Assembly: GCF_048593235.1 (NCBI RefSeq)
Contig: NC_133621.1
Location: 128,489,341 to 128,522,901 of the forward strand
Direction: 5' to 3'
DNA: 33,561 nt
From: Sminthopsis crassicaudata
Lineage: Eukaryota
Under the pieces are notes generated by a model, which worked only from the letters and a program-made list of their open reading frames with translations, did no database searches and had not been told where the DNA came from. The translations under genes were made by a program, and so were the position numbers. Positions within the stretch are counted from its first letter, which is position 1; every line of letters starts with the position of its first letter. Shown here in pieces: positions 1-11,250 of this stretch.

Positions 1-129
1 CTAGCAATATCTGCACCCAAACACTTTAGTTGATGAAATGCTTTAGAATTTGTAAAATACTTTCCTTACATTTCCTTTGAATTAGGTATACCTCTACTTA
101 AAGTGTAATGATTCTAATTGGCAACCAAG

Positions 130-240
130 GTTTATAGAATTTAAGCAACTTGTCTAAGGTGTTGTAGTTAGAACTTAGCAGAATTGGACCTTAAACAAGG
201 CCTTTTGATTTCAAACTTAATATTCTTTTAATTCAACTAT
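130..240 (-). mobile_element. Degraded MIR/CORE-SINE fragment
   Basis: aagcaacttgtctaaggt...ccttttgatttcaaacttaatattct resembles the reverse CORE-SINE core/head. Confidence 0.5.
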
Positions 241-494
241 TCCAGTTTTTAAAAATTAGTTCATTTTGAAGTATTTTCTCCCCTTCTTCAGGTAACAAAA
301 AAAATCACTTCTTATTTACTGTAAGAAAGAATAAACTAGGAAGGAGAAGAAAAAGGCATTCAGCAAAATTAGCCAACAAATCTGTAGTCTGGCCATATAC
401 GGTGTTCCACACCTGTAATCTTCAGCCTTTGTGCAGAAGAGAAGAAAATTTATTTATTTATCTCTTTTGTAGAGCCAACTTTGATTATAATTTT

Positions 495-1530
495 TAAATT
501 TTGTTTTTTTTTTTAGTTAATAAGAACATTTTCTTTCTTTCCCTCCTCCTAATGCACCCGTTAAGAAGAAAAAAATGAACAACAAAACTCTTGTAACAAA
601 TATGCATTGTCAAATAAAAGAAATCCCCACATTGTCCATGTCTGAAAAATGTCTGGATCCCTACCCACTCTTACCATCACTTGGTTCTCTAGCATGATGC
701 TTGCCTATTTTATTGATAAGAATTCCCAAGTCTTTTAAAATAATTTGTCTTTACAATATTGTTGTCAATGTATAAATTGTTCTCTTGGTTCTGCTACTTC
801 TGTATTAGTTTGTACAAGTCTTTCAGGTTTCTTTAAAACTGTTTTTTTCATCAATTCTTATAGCACCATAGAAATCCATTACTTTTATATAATCATATAA
901 GGTTATTAAATCTTATCCCTTTTAGAGCCTAGTTCCTTATCACTACACAAGGAGCTATAAATATTTTTGTTCATGTGACTCTTTTTCCTCTTCCTTTGAT
1001 CCCTTTGGAATATAGGCTCATTAAGGGTATTACTGGGTCAAACAGTGATATACCATAAGGAGCTTCTTGGGCATGGTACCAGATTGCTTTCCAGAATAGC
1101 TGTGCCTATTTATACCCTTTATATTTTATAGCTTTAATTTATAACATATGTATTTATGTAGATAACTCTATATGTATAAATACTTATATAATTTATAAAC
1201 TTATATATGATTTTATAGCTTTTATTTAAAAGTACATTAATAGGCTTGTTTTCCTACAGTTCCTTCAACATTTGTCATTTTTCCGTTTTTTAAGCTTTGT
1301 CAACACGATGAATGAGTTAGAAACTCAGAGTTTGCATTTCTTTGTTAATGATTTGAAGTATTTTTTTTAATGTGGCTTTTATTAGCTTCAATTTCTTCCT
1401 TGAAAAACTGTCTATTCATATTATTTCATTATTTGTCAGTTGGGGAATGACTATTAGTGTTACATAGGAGTCAATTCCTTATATATTTTAGAAATGAGTC
1501 TATTAGATAAATTTTTATCATAAATTGGAT
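495..1530 (-). mobile_element. Marsupial LINE-1 3' end (3' UTR and ORF2 C-terminus), degraded
   Basis: ataaattgttctcttggttctgct, tttccagaatagctg, ttcaacatttgtcattttcc, gaaaaactgtctattcata and tcaattccttatatattttagaaatgag follow the order of the reverse-strand marsupial L1 3' end. Confidence 0.85.
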
Positions 1531-1589
1531 TTAGTGTTTATTTTCTGCTTTTGTTTTTTTTATTTTATTTTGTATTTTTTATATTTTTT

Positions 1590-2580
1590 TGGTTCTGCAT
1601 CATTTACTTGCATCAATTAATTTAAAATTTTTTTCATATTCATCTTTTGTATAGCATAATAATATTATTTTATGTTTGTGGACCACAGTTTGCTTAGCCA
1701 TTCCACAACTGTTGGGCTTCTTCTTTGGTTCCATATCTTTGCTAATTTGCTACCACAAAAAAATGATGCAATAAAAAATGCCATGGTATATTTGGGGCTT
1801 TACTTTTTGTTTTTAATCTTCTTGGGTTAAATGTGGATTAACTGCTTCAAATCTGGGATATTTTAGTAACTTTAAAAAAGCATAGTTACAAATTCCTTTT
1901 TAGACTTATTCACAGATGTACCAAGAAGGCACCACCTTACTTGCCTTTGCTCAGCTGCTCCAACATTAAGTATTTCCATCATTCATCATCTTTGCTATTT
2001 TGCTGGTTGTGATGAAAACAGAGTTGGTTTTGGTTTACATTTCTTTCATTATTAGTAGTTTGAAGCATCATTTTATATGATTATGTTTTTAACATTTTTT
2101 TCTCTTTTCACCAGTTTTATTGATTTTGTTAATGGTATTTGTAAATGGTAATATTTCTCTTCCCCGTCTACTCCTTACCCCCACTAAATCCTTCTTTGGA
2201 GAAAAAAAAAGAAAAAATGTTAACTAGTTTGACAAAACAATTTCATTTTAGGAATTGTTTGTCCATAATTTTTAATCTTATTCATTGAGACATTAATCTT
2301 CGTCTTACATGTTTGTGTTAGATCCTTAAATATGTTTGATATTAGGCCCTTCTCTTAGTATTTTACACAAAGATTTTTCCCTGACATATTCCTTTTGCAT
2401 TCCTGGATGCATTTTTTTGATTAATTTATGTAAAACTTCTCAATTTATAAATGATCTTTGCATTTTTTATCACTTGAAACAAATGCTTCCTCTTTTTCTC
2501 TTTCCCCTATTTGTTGAAGACTTACAGGATAACTTTGTCATGAACTTCAATAGTAATTCTTGTAAAAATAGAATATTTAT
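1590..2580 (-). mobile_element. Second, older LINE-1 3' fragment
   Basis: accacagtttgcttagccattcc, ttggtttacatttctttcattattagt and aaatatgtttgatattaggccctt repeat the same L1 region in more decayed form. Confidence 0.7.
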
Positions 2581-3029
2581 GAAAAAATGTATATTCCTCC
2601 TGTTTTGGTTAAAAATAATGCCTTAATAGGAAACAAGAAAGAAACCAATTACCAATTCTATAAAAGTTCATTTTCATCTGTTGAGTATAGTTACTGAGAG
2701 AAAAAATATGTTTCTTTAGCTTTTATACTCCAATTAGTTTCTTATGACAAAATCCAGAATCAGTAATAAAAAACACTATTCAGTTTAAGGTTAACTGTTA
2801 TGGAATCTAATACATTTAGAACTTATAAATTGTTTAAAAAGGTGTTACCCTATCACAAAGTAAATTTTAATTTAAAATCATATATAAATTGCCATAAAAT
2901 GCATTGTCTTTTTCCCTTGATTCAAGTTCATTTTTGTATGTTCACGCAAGCCTTTCAATTTAAGAGTTCTGTACTTTTAAAATACACAAAATAAGTGCTT
3001 GCTGTATTGAATATTTCGTTGGCAAACTA

Positions 3030-3270
3030 ATTAAAAATATTAAGACTGTGTTGGCTATGATGTGGAGCAATAGATACACTTGTTCAGTGTTGGTAGAATT
3101 TTGAACTTATGAAGTCTTTTTAGCAGGTATTTTAGCAGTACTTAATAAATCTTTGACCTAGTAATTCTTTTTGGGAAAAATCTACTGAAAGTGTTATCAA
3201 AAACAACTACAACAAAAGCTGCCTACAAAAAGTCCATAGTGGTTTTATATATAGCTATTCTTAATTTGGT
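3030..3270 (+). mobile_element. LINE-1 ORF2 C-terminal fragment
   Basis: tgttggctatgatgtggagcaatagatacacttgttcagtgttggtaga...ctttgacctagtaatt...tttggtggca resembles the forward L1 ORF2 end. Confidence 0.55.
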
Positions 3271-3485
3271 GGCACAGTATACTGGACTTGGACTCAAGAC
3301 CTTAATTGAAATTCTGCCTCAGATATTTGCTAGCTTTGTGATGCTGGACAAGTCGTTTAAGCTCTCTCTGTTTTATTTTCTTCACATATAAAATGGGAAT
3401 AATAATAGTACCTGTTTTCTAAGGTTATTATATTAAGTTAGAGTGTAAAACACTTTGCAGATCTTAAAGCTAACAATTATTTATA
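3268..3485 (+). mobile_element. MIR/CORE-SINE
   Basis: tRNA-like head, core tgtgatgctggacaagtc, taaaatgggaataataatagtacct and tail cactttgcagatcttaaag. Confidence 0.75.
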
Positions 3486-3534
3486 ATTGAAGTGAAAGCC
3501 ACCTAAATATCTAACAAAAGTTCAATACTTAAAA

Positions 3535-3546
3535 TACATACATATA

Positions 3547-3625
<79 letters not shown>
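3535..3625. repeat. Compound (TA)n/(CA)n microsatellite
   Basis: Seen directly. Confidence 0.95.
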
Positions 3626-3679
3626 TATGGTATAGTGAGTAATTTAGAGGAATTTGGAAAAACCTTTATGTTATAATAT

Positions 3680-3806
3680 CCAGTTTGGTCTGTCACCTCA
3701 CCAATTTGAATATGTTCTACTAAGTGGATCACAATCAGTCCATGCTTTTGATTTTTGACCCATGTCCATCCACATCATAGCCACCCAACTTGTTGAGAAA
3801 CCTCTT
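3680..3806 (-). mobile_element. Possible hAT-Charlie-type DNA transposon fragment
   Basis: The reverse strand begins aggtttctcaac, similar to Charlie/MER terminal inverted repeats. The other end was not identified. Confidence 0.3.
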
Positions 3807-4177
3807 TAATTTTTTTTCTGACATGGAGAGAGCACGATTATAAAACTTATTATCTCTTACTCTTGCTATTATCACACCATCTTCTTTTTAATCTACCTTT
3901 TCTCCAGTGATAGCTTTTACTCTAATTCATCTTTGAAATATACAGATGTATGTGTGTATGCATGTTATAACTATTTTATATATAATGATATTAAATGTTA
4001 TACATATGTGTAATACATATGTATATATACATATACATACATACATATATCAAAATATCAAATTGCAAAAATAAAGCTCTCTTTCAAAACAAAAAGATTT
4101 TCATTTATAATTGTATCAGAATATACCCATAAGATGAACCTCAAAAATATAGTCAATATGGCAATGCCAAAATTGCA

Positions 4178-4329
4178 TGGTGGAAAGAACATTGGATATA
4201 AAACCTGAGAATTGGGATTTAAATCTCATCTTATGACACTGAGCAAGTTACTTAACCTTTTGGAGTCTCAGTCCTCAAGTATAAAATGATACAGTTGAAA
4301 CTGATTGACTTCTGAGGTCCCTTCTACCT

Positions 4330-4331
<2 letters not shown>
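4178..4331 (+). mobile_element. MIR3/MAR-type CORE-SINE
   Basis: gaaagaacattggat...tgagcaagttacttaacctt...ttctgaggtcccttctac. Confidence 0.7.

Positions 4332-4334
<3 letters not shown>

Positions 4335-4363
<29 letters not shown>
4335..4363. repeat. (CA)n microsatellite
   Basis: Seen directly. Confidence 0.95.
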
Positions 4364-4366
<3 letters not shown>

Positions 4367-4584
4367 TTTCTCTTAACTTGGAGCAACCATAAGTTCACTC
4401 TAATCACTGAGGAATTGCTTATGAATGTGACATTTACTCTCAACCATTTGTGGCTTGGGTTTTTTTTTAAATAAAGGAAAATAACAACAAAACATCCTGA
4501 GAAATGGTGTTTGAGTAATCAAAATGGGCATATATCACAACCAGGAAAACATCTGGACCTGGCAAACATTTCGGAAACCTGGGC

Positions 4585-5135
4585 ACTAGAGAGGAAAATG
4601 ACATAGTTCAAAGAACAATTTAGGAAATTTACTTAGGCAATTATTTTATGAGAAAATCTAGGCGGACATTTAAGGAATATAATTTTCAGTAGTACAGTAT
4701 TAGCTAATTCAGTCTATGAAAAAGGATTTGTAAAGCATCTGTGCCTAGTGCTGTGCAAAGTGCTACATTTTTCAAAAGTAGAAAAATTGTAATTTTATCA
4801 AATGTATGCTCCACTTTTCATTCACTTGTCTTTGTATTATCAGCTGCATCTATTATAGGTCTATTTTTTTCTTCTTTCAAAATCATAATGTCTTACCTGT
4901 GGAATGCCTCTGCTGTATTTTTTTTCTTAATTGAAAATGGTTTAAGTGGGCTCAAGCACTTTTCTTATGATGACGAGAACCATGTTGCTTCTTTTAAAAA
5001 AGATAGGTGGCTCAGAGGATTAGAGTGTTGGATTTGGATTTAGAAAGACCTTGAATTTGAATCCTGTCACTTCCTAAGCCTGTGAGGCTGAAAATTCATT
5101 TAACATCTTTCAGCCTCTGTTTCTTCCTATGTAAA
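4585..5135 (-). repeat. Left arm of a local inverted duplication (partner about 6250-6848)
   Basis: The reverse complement aligns colinearly to 6250-6848. Exact shared words include 4783-4801 = rc of 6612-6630 (19 nt) and 4826-4840 = rc of 6574-6588 (15 nt). Confidence 0.85.
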
Positions 5136-5228
5136 ACAAAACACAATGTTTCTGTGAACATCACCTAGGATAGCACATATAAAATATTTTGCAAACATGA
5201 AAGCACTAAATCAATTTAGCTATTATTG
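5003..5228 (+). mobile_element. MIR/CORE-SINE (its 5' half lies in the left duplication arm)
   Basis: ggtggctcagaggattagagtg head, gaatttgaatcctg B-box-like motif and tttgcaaacatgaaagcacta tail. Confidence 0.8.
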
Positions 5229-5937
5229 TTATTGTCTTAATGTAACTGTTACTACTATTACTCTTTTAGGAAATGATGAGAAAATTAGTATTCAAATAAT
5301 AACTGGTCTAGTATATACTTTGGTCAGTATCCAGTTACTATGGCTTCCTAATAAGCTTGGCTACCCCTATAAAATGACATTTAAAAATCAAATTGTTCAG
5401 GATATATTTTGTTATGATGCTACTTTGGAGTTAGAAGTAGTATTTCAAAATAACTGTAATTGTTTTTCAAATTCTTAGATTCCTTTCTTAGTAAAACCAT
5501 AAGATTTTAGTACTTTATAAATAATGATTTTGGATAACAGCTTTATAACACATACATATTTTCTAGAGGGGTTTTTACTAATCATTTAAAAAAATTTTAG
5601 TATGACTGCTTAGATGAATTGTGTAAAGTTTTATAATAGTTTCAAAATTATATGTGTTATTTAAGAATAAAATTATAATTGATATTTAGGAATATATAAA
5701 TATGTAACTTATTTATTATATAACTATATTTATATTCATTTATTATGTAATCATATATGTACTTATATATATTAGGAATATAAAAATATATGTAGGAATA
5801 AATATATATAGCTTTTTAGAAGCTTTAGGAAATGAAATACTCTGGATAACCACATATTTCAGTTACCTCAGTACTGATATAACTTTAAAAAAAATTAAAA
5901 TCTTCAAAAATGCATTGACTTCCTTTCTTAAATAGAA

Positions 5938-6110
5938 TATATTAGACCTTATAGCTCCTTAAAAGTGATCTAAGATTATAATTTTTGTTCCTTAGTCTTT
6001 AAGTGACTTACCTAGGGTCACACAACTAGTAGGTATCTGAAGCTAGATTTGAAATCATGAAGATGAATCTTTCTGATTCCAAGCCCAGTGCTCCATCACT
6101 GTGTCACCTG
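5938..6110 (-). mobile_element. MAR/MIR3-type CORE-SINE
   Basis: taagtgacttacctagggtcacacaactag...tctgattccaagcccagtgctccatcactgtgtcacc. Confidence 0.8.
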
Positions 6111-6249
6111 GTTTTCCTAATGATTATCATTACAAGCCTCAAATATACTAAAGGTGAATCCCAAGGTAGAGCTAACCTAATCAGAAAGCTCCAAACTTGC
6201 TTCCTTTCAAGAGCCTTGATATTAGCTTATCTTTTGGTCTGTGACATAA

Positions 6250-6848
6250 ATGCATATTTTATAGAGGAGGAAGCTGAAGCTTAGAGAGGTTAAGTGAATT
6301 GTACATCTTCATGCAACTAGGAAATGGTAGGATTCAGATGTAGATCTTTCTGACTTCAAATCCAACATCCTAATTCTTTGAGCTACCTAATTTTCTTTTC
6401 AAGAGAAGCAACAAAGTTCTCCAAATTCAATACATCATTATAAGAAAGGTGCTTGACCCGTCTTAAACCCTTTTGGAGTTTGGAAAACATACATTGCCCA
6501 CTAGCAAGATATTATAACAGCAAATTGATTTTTAAAAGAGAGACAGACAGACACCCATAATAGATAAAACTGGATAATACAAAGACAATGAATGGAAATT
6601 GAAGCATGTGGTTGATAAAATTACAATTTTCCACATTTAAAAATGATACTTTTGCTTTATTTTTGTGTTTCCATCACTTGGCATAAATGCTTTATAAATA
6701 TTTCCTGATAGATGGAATTAGATACCACAATACTACTGAAACATTATATACCACATGTATGTTGTATATGTGCCTGTAGATGCTAACAAAATTATCGCCT
6801 AAATAAATTTTCTAAGTTGTTTGTTGAAATAGTTCATCTTACCCTCAT
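6250..6848 (+). repeat. Right arm of the local inverted duplication (begins with a minus-strand MIR at 6250-6390)
   Basis: Aligns to the reverse complement of 4585-5135 through the MIR, unique flank and an L2/MIR-like tail remnant. Confidence 0.85.
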
Positions 6849-8674
6849 CCTGATATGTTCTTCAGATACATATTAATGATTCCTCTTGTTTCTTCTAATC
6901 TTGTCTTGGCAGTGATTGATCTATGCTTTTTTTTTTTTTTTTTTCATAAAGTGGAAAGTAATTTCACAATCTCCAGTGCAGTATTAATAGCTGCTTTTCT
7001 TTAAAATTAATTAGTACCCTATGGGCCAAAAATAGTCTTTTCCCCAAATGTTTTTTTTTTTTTTTGCTCTCTGTAGAACTGACATCCTTTTCATGATTGC
7101 CCCTAGTGCTCTTTGCCCATTCAGATATGAATATCTAGGATTTGTGTCTCATTAAAAGAGAAGGCCTTTGGCTCTTTCTTGTCACTTCACTCCTATGGTT
7201 CTATCACCAGACCACAGTTTTCTTTTAGTTTTCTGTGGAATTTGACTTTGAACAGAATTTGAGACATAAGCAAAATTAAAATGTATGTATAATATTAAGA
7301 TTGCAAGTTCTGAAGAGTGCCAAAAAAGGTCAAATTTATCATGAGATTTCTTTTGTAATAACATTTTATGTTTTGAATAAAAGGTTGCTCTACAAGTTGA
7401 GTTTTGACAATTGTCCAGCAAAAGAATACTGCTACTCTCCTTTGATAAATTTGTTTTAACACAATCTTTCATGGAACCTACAAAAAGGACCAACTATCAT
7501 ATTTTATATCTTAAATGCCCTAAACAAAAGGGACGCCTTTAAGAAATCTTGGGAAATGTAATTTTCTATTGAATAAAGCTTTTATTTAGTGAGTCTGTAT
7601 TATTAGCACATATGAAAATGACTCAGTTTGTCCTTATTTTCCCTCTACCCAAGGAAATTTGATTTGCTCTCAACTGACAAGATAGAAATTGGCAAACATC
7701 AATTTAGACCAATTCTCTTTTTATAGCAAAAATGTTCTGAGGGCAGTAAGAAATAACTTTCATATGAAAACTACTCATTTCTTTTGTAGGCTCATGATTT
7801 GCAAATTTCTTTCACTATGTCTTGTCTTTTAATGCCTTTTTTTTTTCTTCCCACTTTGAAGTACCAATGCCGCCCTTGCAGAATGTACCTCAGTCAACTG
7901 AATTTTATTTAAACACACACATACACACCCCTTTTTGTCTTTTTAATGAACACTGAGATAGGGATACCCTTAGATCTTTTCACTGAGAACTATTATTGAC
8001 ACTTTGGGCTGAATTCATTGCCCATATCTTTGCATTTCCTAAATTCTGAATTGGTTTTCCAACAGCTGTCTTTTCTTAGGATAGAATATGCTGTTTCTTT
8101 AATATTTCCCTATGTTCTTCCATTTCAAGTCATGAATGGACCATTGACCTTTTTTATGTATGGTTAGCAACAACTTTAAATTATTATTCCCTTTGTGTTA
8201 TTTTCTTTGTCACAAAATGGTTTCTATAATATAAATAGTTTTGTTGTATTGTTTTTATATTTGCCATTTTAGAGGATGTACCGCTTTATCATATTCTGGT
8301 TTACATTGTTCAATGTTCTTTATAAAACAACAATATCCCAGACTGTGTTGCTTGGTGTGCCTCTGGTAGAGTATATTGGCAGCTTTGGGTCACTGTGGTT
8401 AAAACTACAGTTTCTTTCACACTCCTGTCCTCAGCCATATATGTAATTATTCTTTGCCTTCTAGGGTTAGAGCCCTAAAATATACAGACGTGGCTCTTTC
8501 TTTCCCCCAGGCAGACTGCAGAGTTGTTCAGTCTTCTATCTCTTCATCATTGCCTTTCTTCCACTATCAGATTTTTTTTTTTTTTTTGTTACTCATTTTC
8601 TGTCACCTGTTCTGATCATCACCTTCACTGCTACTTTTTTTTTTTTCATTTTTGTATCTGTCTCCTGTTTGTTT

Positions 8675-9055
8675 CTCCTTTCCATTTCTCTTCAGTTTTC
8701 TCAAGAGGTGTTTCATATCTAATTTTCTAAAGATTCTATTCTTTTTTTCTCTTTTTTGTTATAGTTATCTAGCTCTGAAAAGAGACAAATGAAGTCCCCA
8801 CTAGTATAGGTTTATTGTCTGTTTTCTCCTTGTAACTATCCTTTGAGAATTTATGCTATGCTATTTGATACATATATGTTTAGTAATGATATTATTTCAT
8901 TGTATTTGATATGTTTTAGTAAAACATTGTTTCCCTGTTTATTTTCTTTAATTAGGTCCATTTTTGCTTTTCTTTTGTCTGAGATTGATTTCTCCTCTTG
9001 CCTCCCTTCCCTTTTTAAAAATCTCAGCTTCAGTACAATAGATTCTGCTACAGCA
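8675..9055 (-). mobile_element. LINE-1 ORF2 endonuclease-domain fragment
   Basis: ORF 8851-9141(-) contains ISDKRKAKMDLIKENKQGNNVLLKHIKYNEIISLLNIY, matching the marsupial L1 APE-like endonuclease (ISDKAKAKIDLIKRDKEGNYILLKG...ISILNIY). DNA similarity continues to about 8675. Confidence 0.85.
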
Positions 9056-9607
9056 TCAATTTCTTGATTGCTTCTCCCAGGCTTCTTGGGATTAAGGAGG
9101 GTGAGGAAGTACTGGCATTTTTTTTTAATAGACATCTCCAATAATTTTCTTTTTCCATGACAAACCCATAGGATATAGCTTAATTGAAAATGTCCCTGAT
9201 GTCAGCTTAGTATCATTCATTTACAAAATGGGGGAAAGAAGCTTATGTGGTCCCATGTAAGCTTTTAGCCTTTAATTTTTCTAATCTATGCTTATTTGTT
9301 TGTGAGTGCTCAAGGGCTACTGTTCCACTTTCAGAAACTTATTTATGCACTTTTTTCAGACTTAGAACTAATTCAGAATATGTTATTTAGAAATCTTTCA
9401 ATATTTTTCAAAGTAAATTTTAAAAATTTATTAAATTCCCAAATATCTATAAGAATCAGACTAAAATCATTTTACTCATTTGTCATACTTGGAAATTTAA
9501 TTGTTTAATGGTGAATTATTGTCTGTGTTTTATGAATTTTACAAATTCAATGTTATGTAAGGACCTCATTTTAATTTCCCACAGGATATCTTTGATTCAA
9601 AATTTTA

Positions 9608-9770
9608 AGAGTTGTAGTGGCCAGAGAATCAGGGATATGAAAGGAATTAGCCAAGACAAACTCATCATTTGACAAATTAGAAAACTGAAACCGAGGAGTT
9701 GCATAGTAATCAAACAATGACTAAGATTTGTGTTTCTGATGGCTAATCTAGTTCCCACCATGTCCTGTTG
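9608..9770 (-). mobile_element. Degraded MIR3/MAR CORE-SINE
   Basis: ctcatcattttgacaaattagaaaactgaaac core in reverse. Confidence 0.55.
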
Positions 9771-9980
9771 GTTCTTAAATTTTAAATTTTAAATATGTTT
9801 CTTTGAGAGGAAATAACTTTAATAATTGAAAAGTAACAAATTTTTATATCTTTAGCCACATCTTTTAGATTATATAAATTCCTAAAGAATAGGACTGATA
9901 TCTTATTCATATGTATATTTTCTCATAGTGCTGGGCATTATATATATATATATATATAACATAATTATGGAAATGCTATC

Positions 9981-10236
9981 AGGACACACCTTGCATGGAT
10001 AGAGAGCTGAGCCTGAAATCAAGAAAATTTATCTTTATGAGATCAAATCTGACCTCAGATATTAACTATCTGTATAACCCTGGGTAAATCACTTAAACCC
10101 AGTTACGCTCAATTCCACATCTGTAAAAATGAGTTATAGAAGGAAATGGCAAACCACCCCACTATCTTTGCCAAGAAAATTCCAAATGGGGTCACAAAGA
10201 GTTGCACATGATTGAAACGACTAAACAACACAACAA
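9981..10236 (+). mobile_element. MAR1 CORE-SINE with Bov-B/RTE-derived tail
   Basis: Core ccctgggtaaatcacttaa plus the diagnostic tail gaaggaaatggcaaaccacc...tatctttgccaagaaaattccaaatggggtcacaaagagt...aaacaaca. Confidence 0.85.
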
Positions 10237-11091
10237 TGAAAATGTTAGCTAATAATAATTAATATTTATAAGATAGAAATCTGATATATATTTGTTGAGT
10301 GGTTATGGAGTGTATTAAAGAGAATGAAACTAAGATTAAAATTGACTTAATTTTAAGATAATGTTTCTTGAAATTATATGCATATCTAATTCATTTTAGT
10401 TTATTTATTCTTGATGAATTTAACCTACATGGAGAAGCTTTTTGATGATTTTCTTCGAAGAAATATGTTAAGTTAATTCTGTGGGTTTTTTTCAAAACCT
10501 AAAAAAAAGATCTTAAAAAAACAACCAGGTAACTTTTCTTAATGCCACTAGAATCAATGTTTATTACCCTTAAAATGCTTGTGTAGTAAGTTGTTTTTTT
10601 GTTTTTGTTTTTGTTTTTTTTCTTTTGGGCCTCTGTTTATCTATCAGAGAATTGATAGCTACTTCTTGTCTCAAATTCTCAATTTTAAGACTAGAAGACT
10701 TCAAGTAAGGCCTAGCTCAGAAATATGCACTTTTAGACATTTAGTAAATTGAGAGAATGATTGAGTAATTAGATAGTTCTTGCTTTATATAAATTCACAT
10801 TATACAAATGCACTTCTTTCTCCTTTCTCCTTCCCCCTTCCCCACTGAAATCTATATCCCTGAAACAGGGGTCCTCACTCCAGACCCTAAAGCCTCTTTG
10901 CTGTGGGGCCCCAGGCAGCAAAGTCACTCTGTGGCAGCAGAGCTAGGGGATAGAGGGATAGGGTTATGTGGAAGCCTTAGAGGGGCGGAGGTGGTCTTCA
11001 AAATCTTAATACATTCCTCAAGAATTGTGTCACAAAAATCTATGAAATATTTAGTAATATGTAGACTGAGAGGTTGCTCTGTCTCTACAGA

Positions 11092-11250
11092 AGCACAAAA
11101 AGCACTAGATTTGAGTCCAGAAGATCACAGTAACATATTTATGTGACTTAAGCAATTTGCCTGATCTCTCTGCACCTTCGTTTTTTCATTTTTAAAACAA
11201 GAGGATTGGCTAGATGATTTATGTTGGTTCTTATCAACTCTAAATCCTGT
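11092..11250 (+). mobile_element. MIR3/MAR CORE-SINE
   Basis: aaaagcactagatttgagtccagaag...gtgacttaagcaa...gattggctagatga...caactctaaatcct. Confidence 0.7.

Noticed and set aside
330-445. Minus-strand candidate exon (AEDYRCGTPY... / LKITGVEHRIWPDYRFVG)
   Set aside because: Weak AAG acceptor, no good donor, early stops and no recognised protein.
495-3270. Oppositely oriented L1 pieces as a twin-priming 5' inversion
   Set aside because: The plus fragment covers the same ORF2 C-terminal region as the minus copies, so these are independent old insertions.
10390-10457. Peptide-like frame MNLTYMEKLFDDFLRRNMLS with a weak acceptor and GTTAAG donor
   Set aside because: Splice signals are weak, there is no recognised homolog, and the length is within chance.
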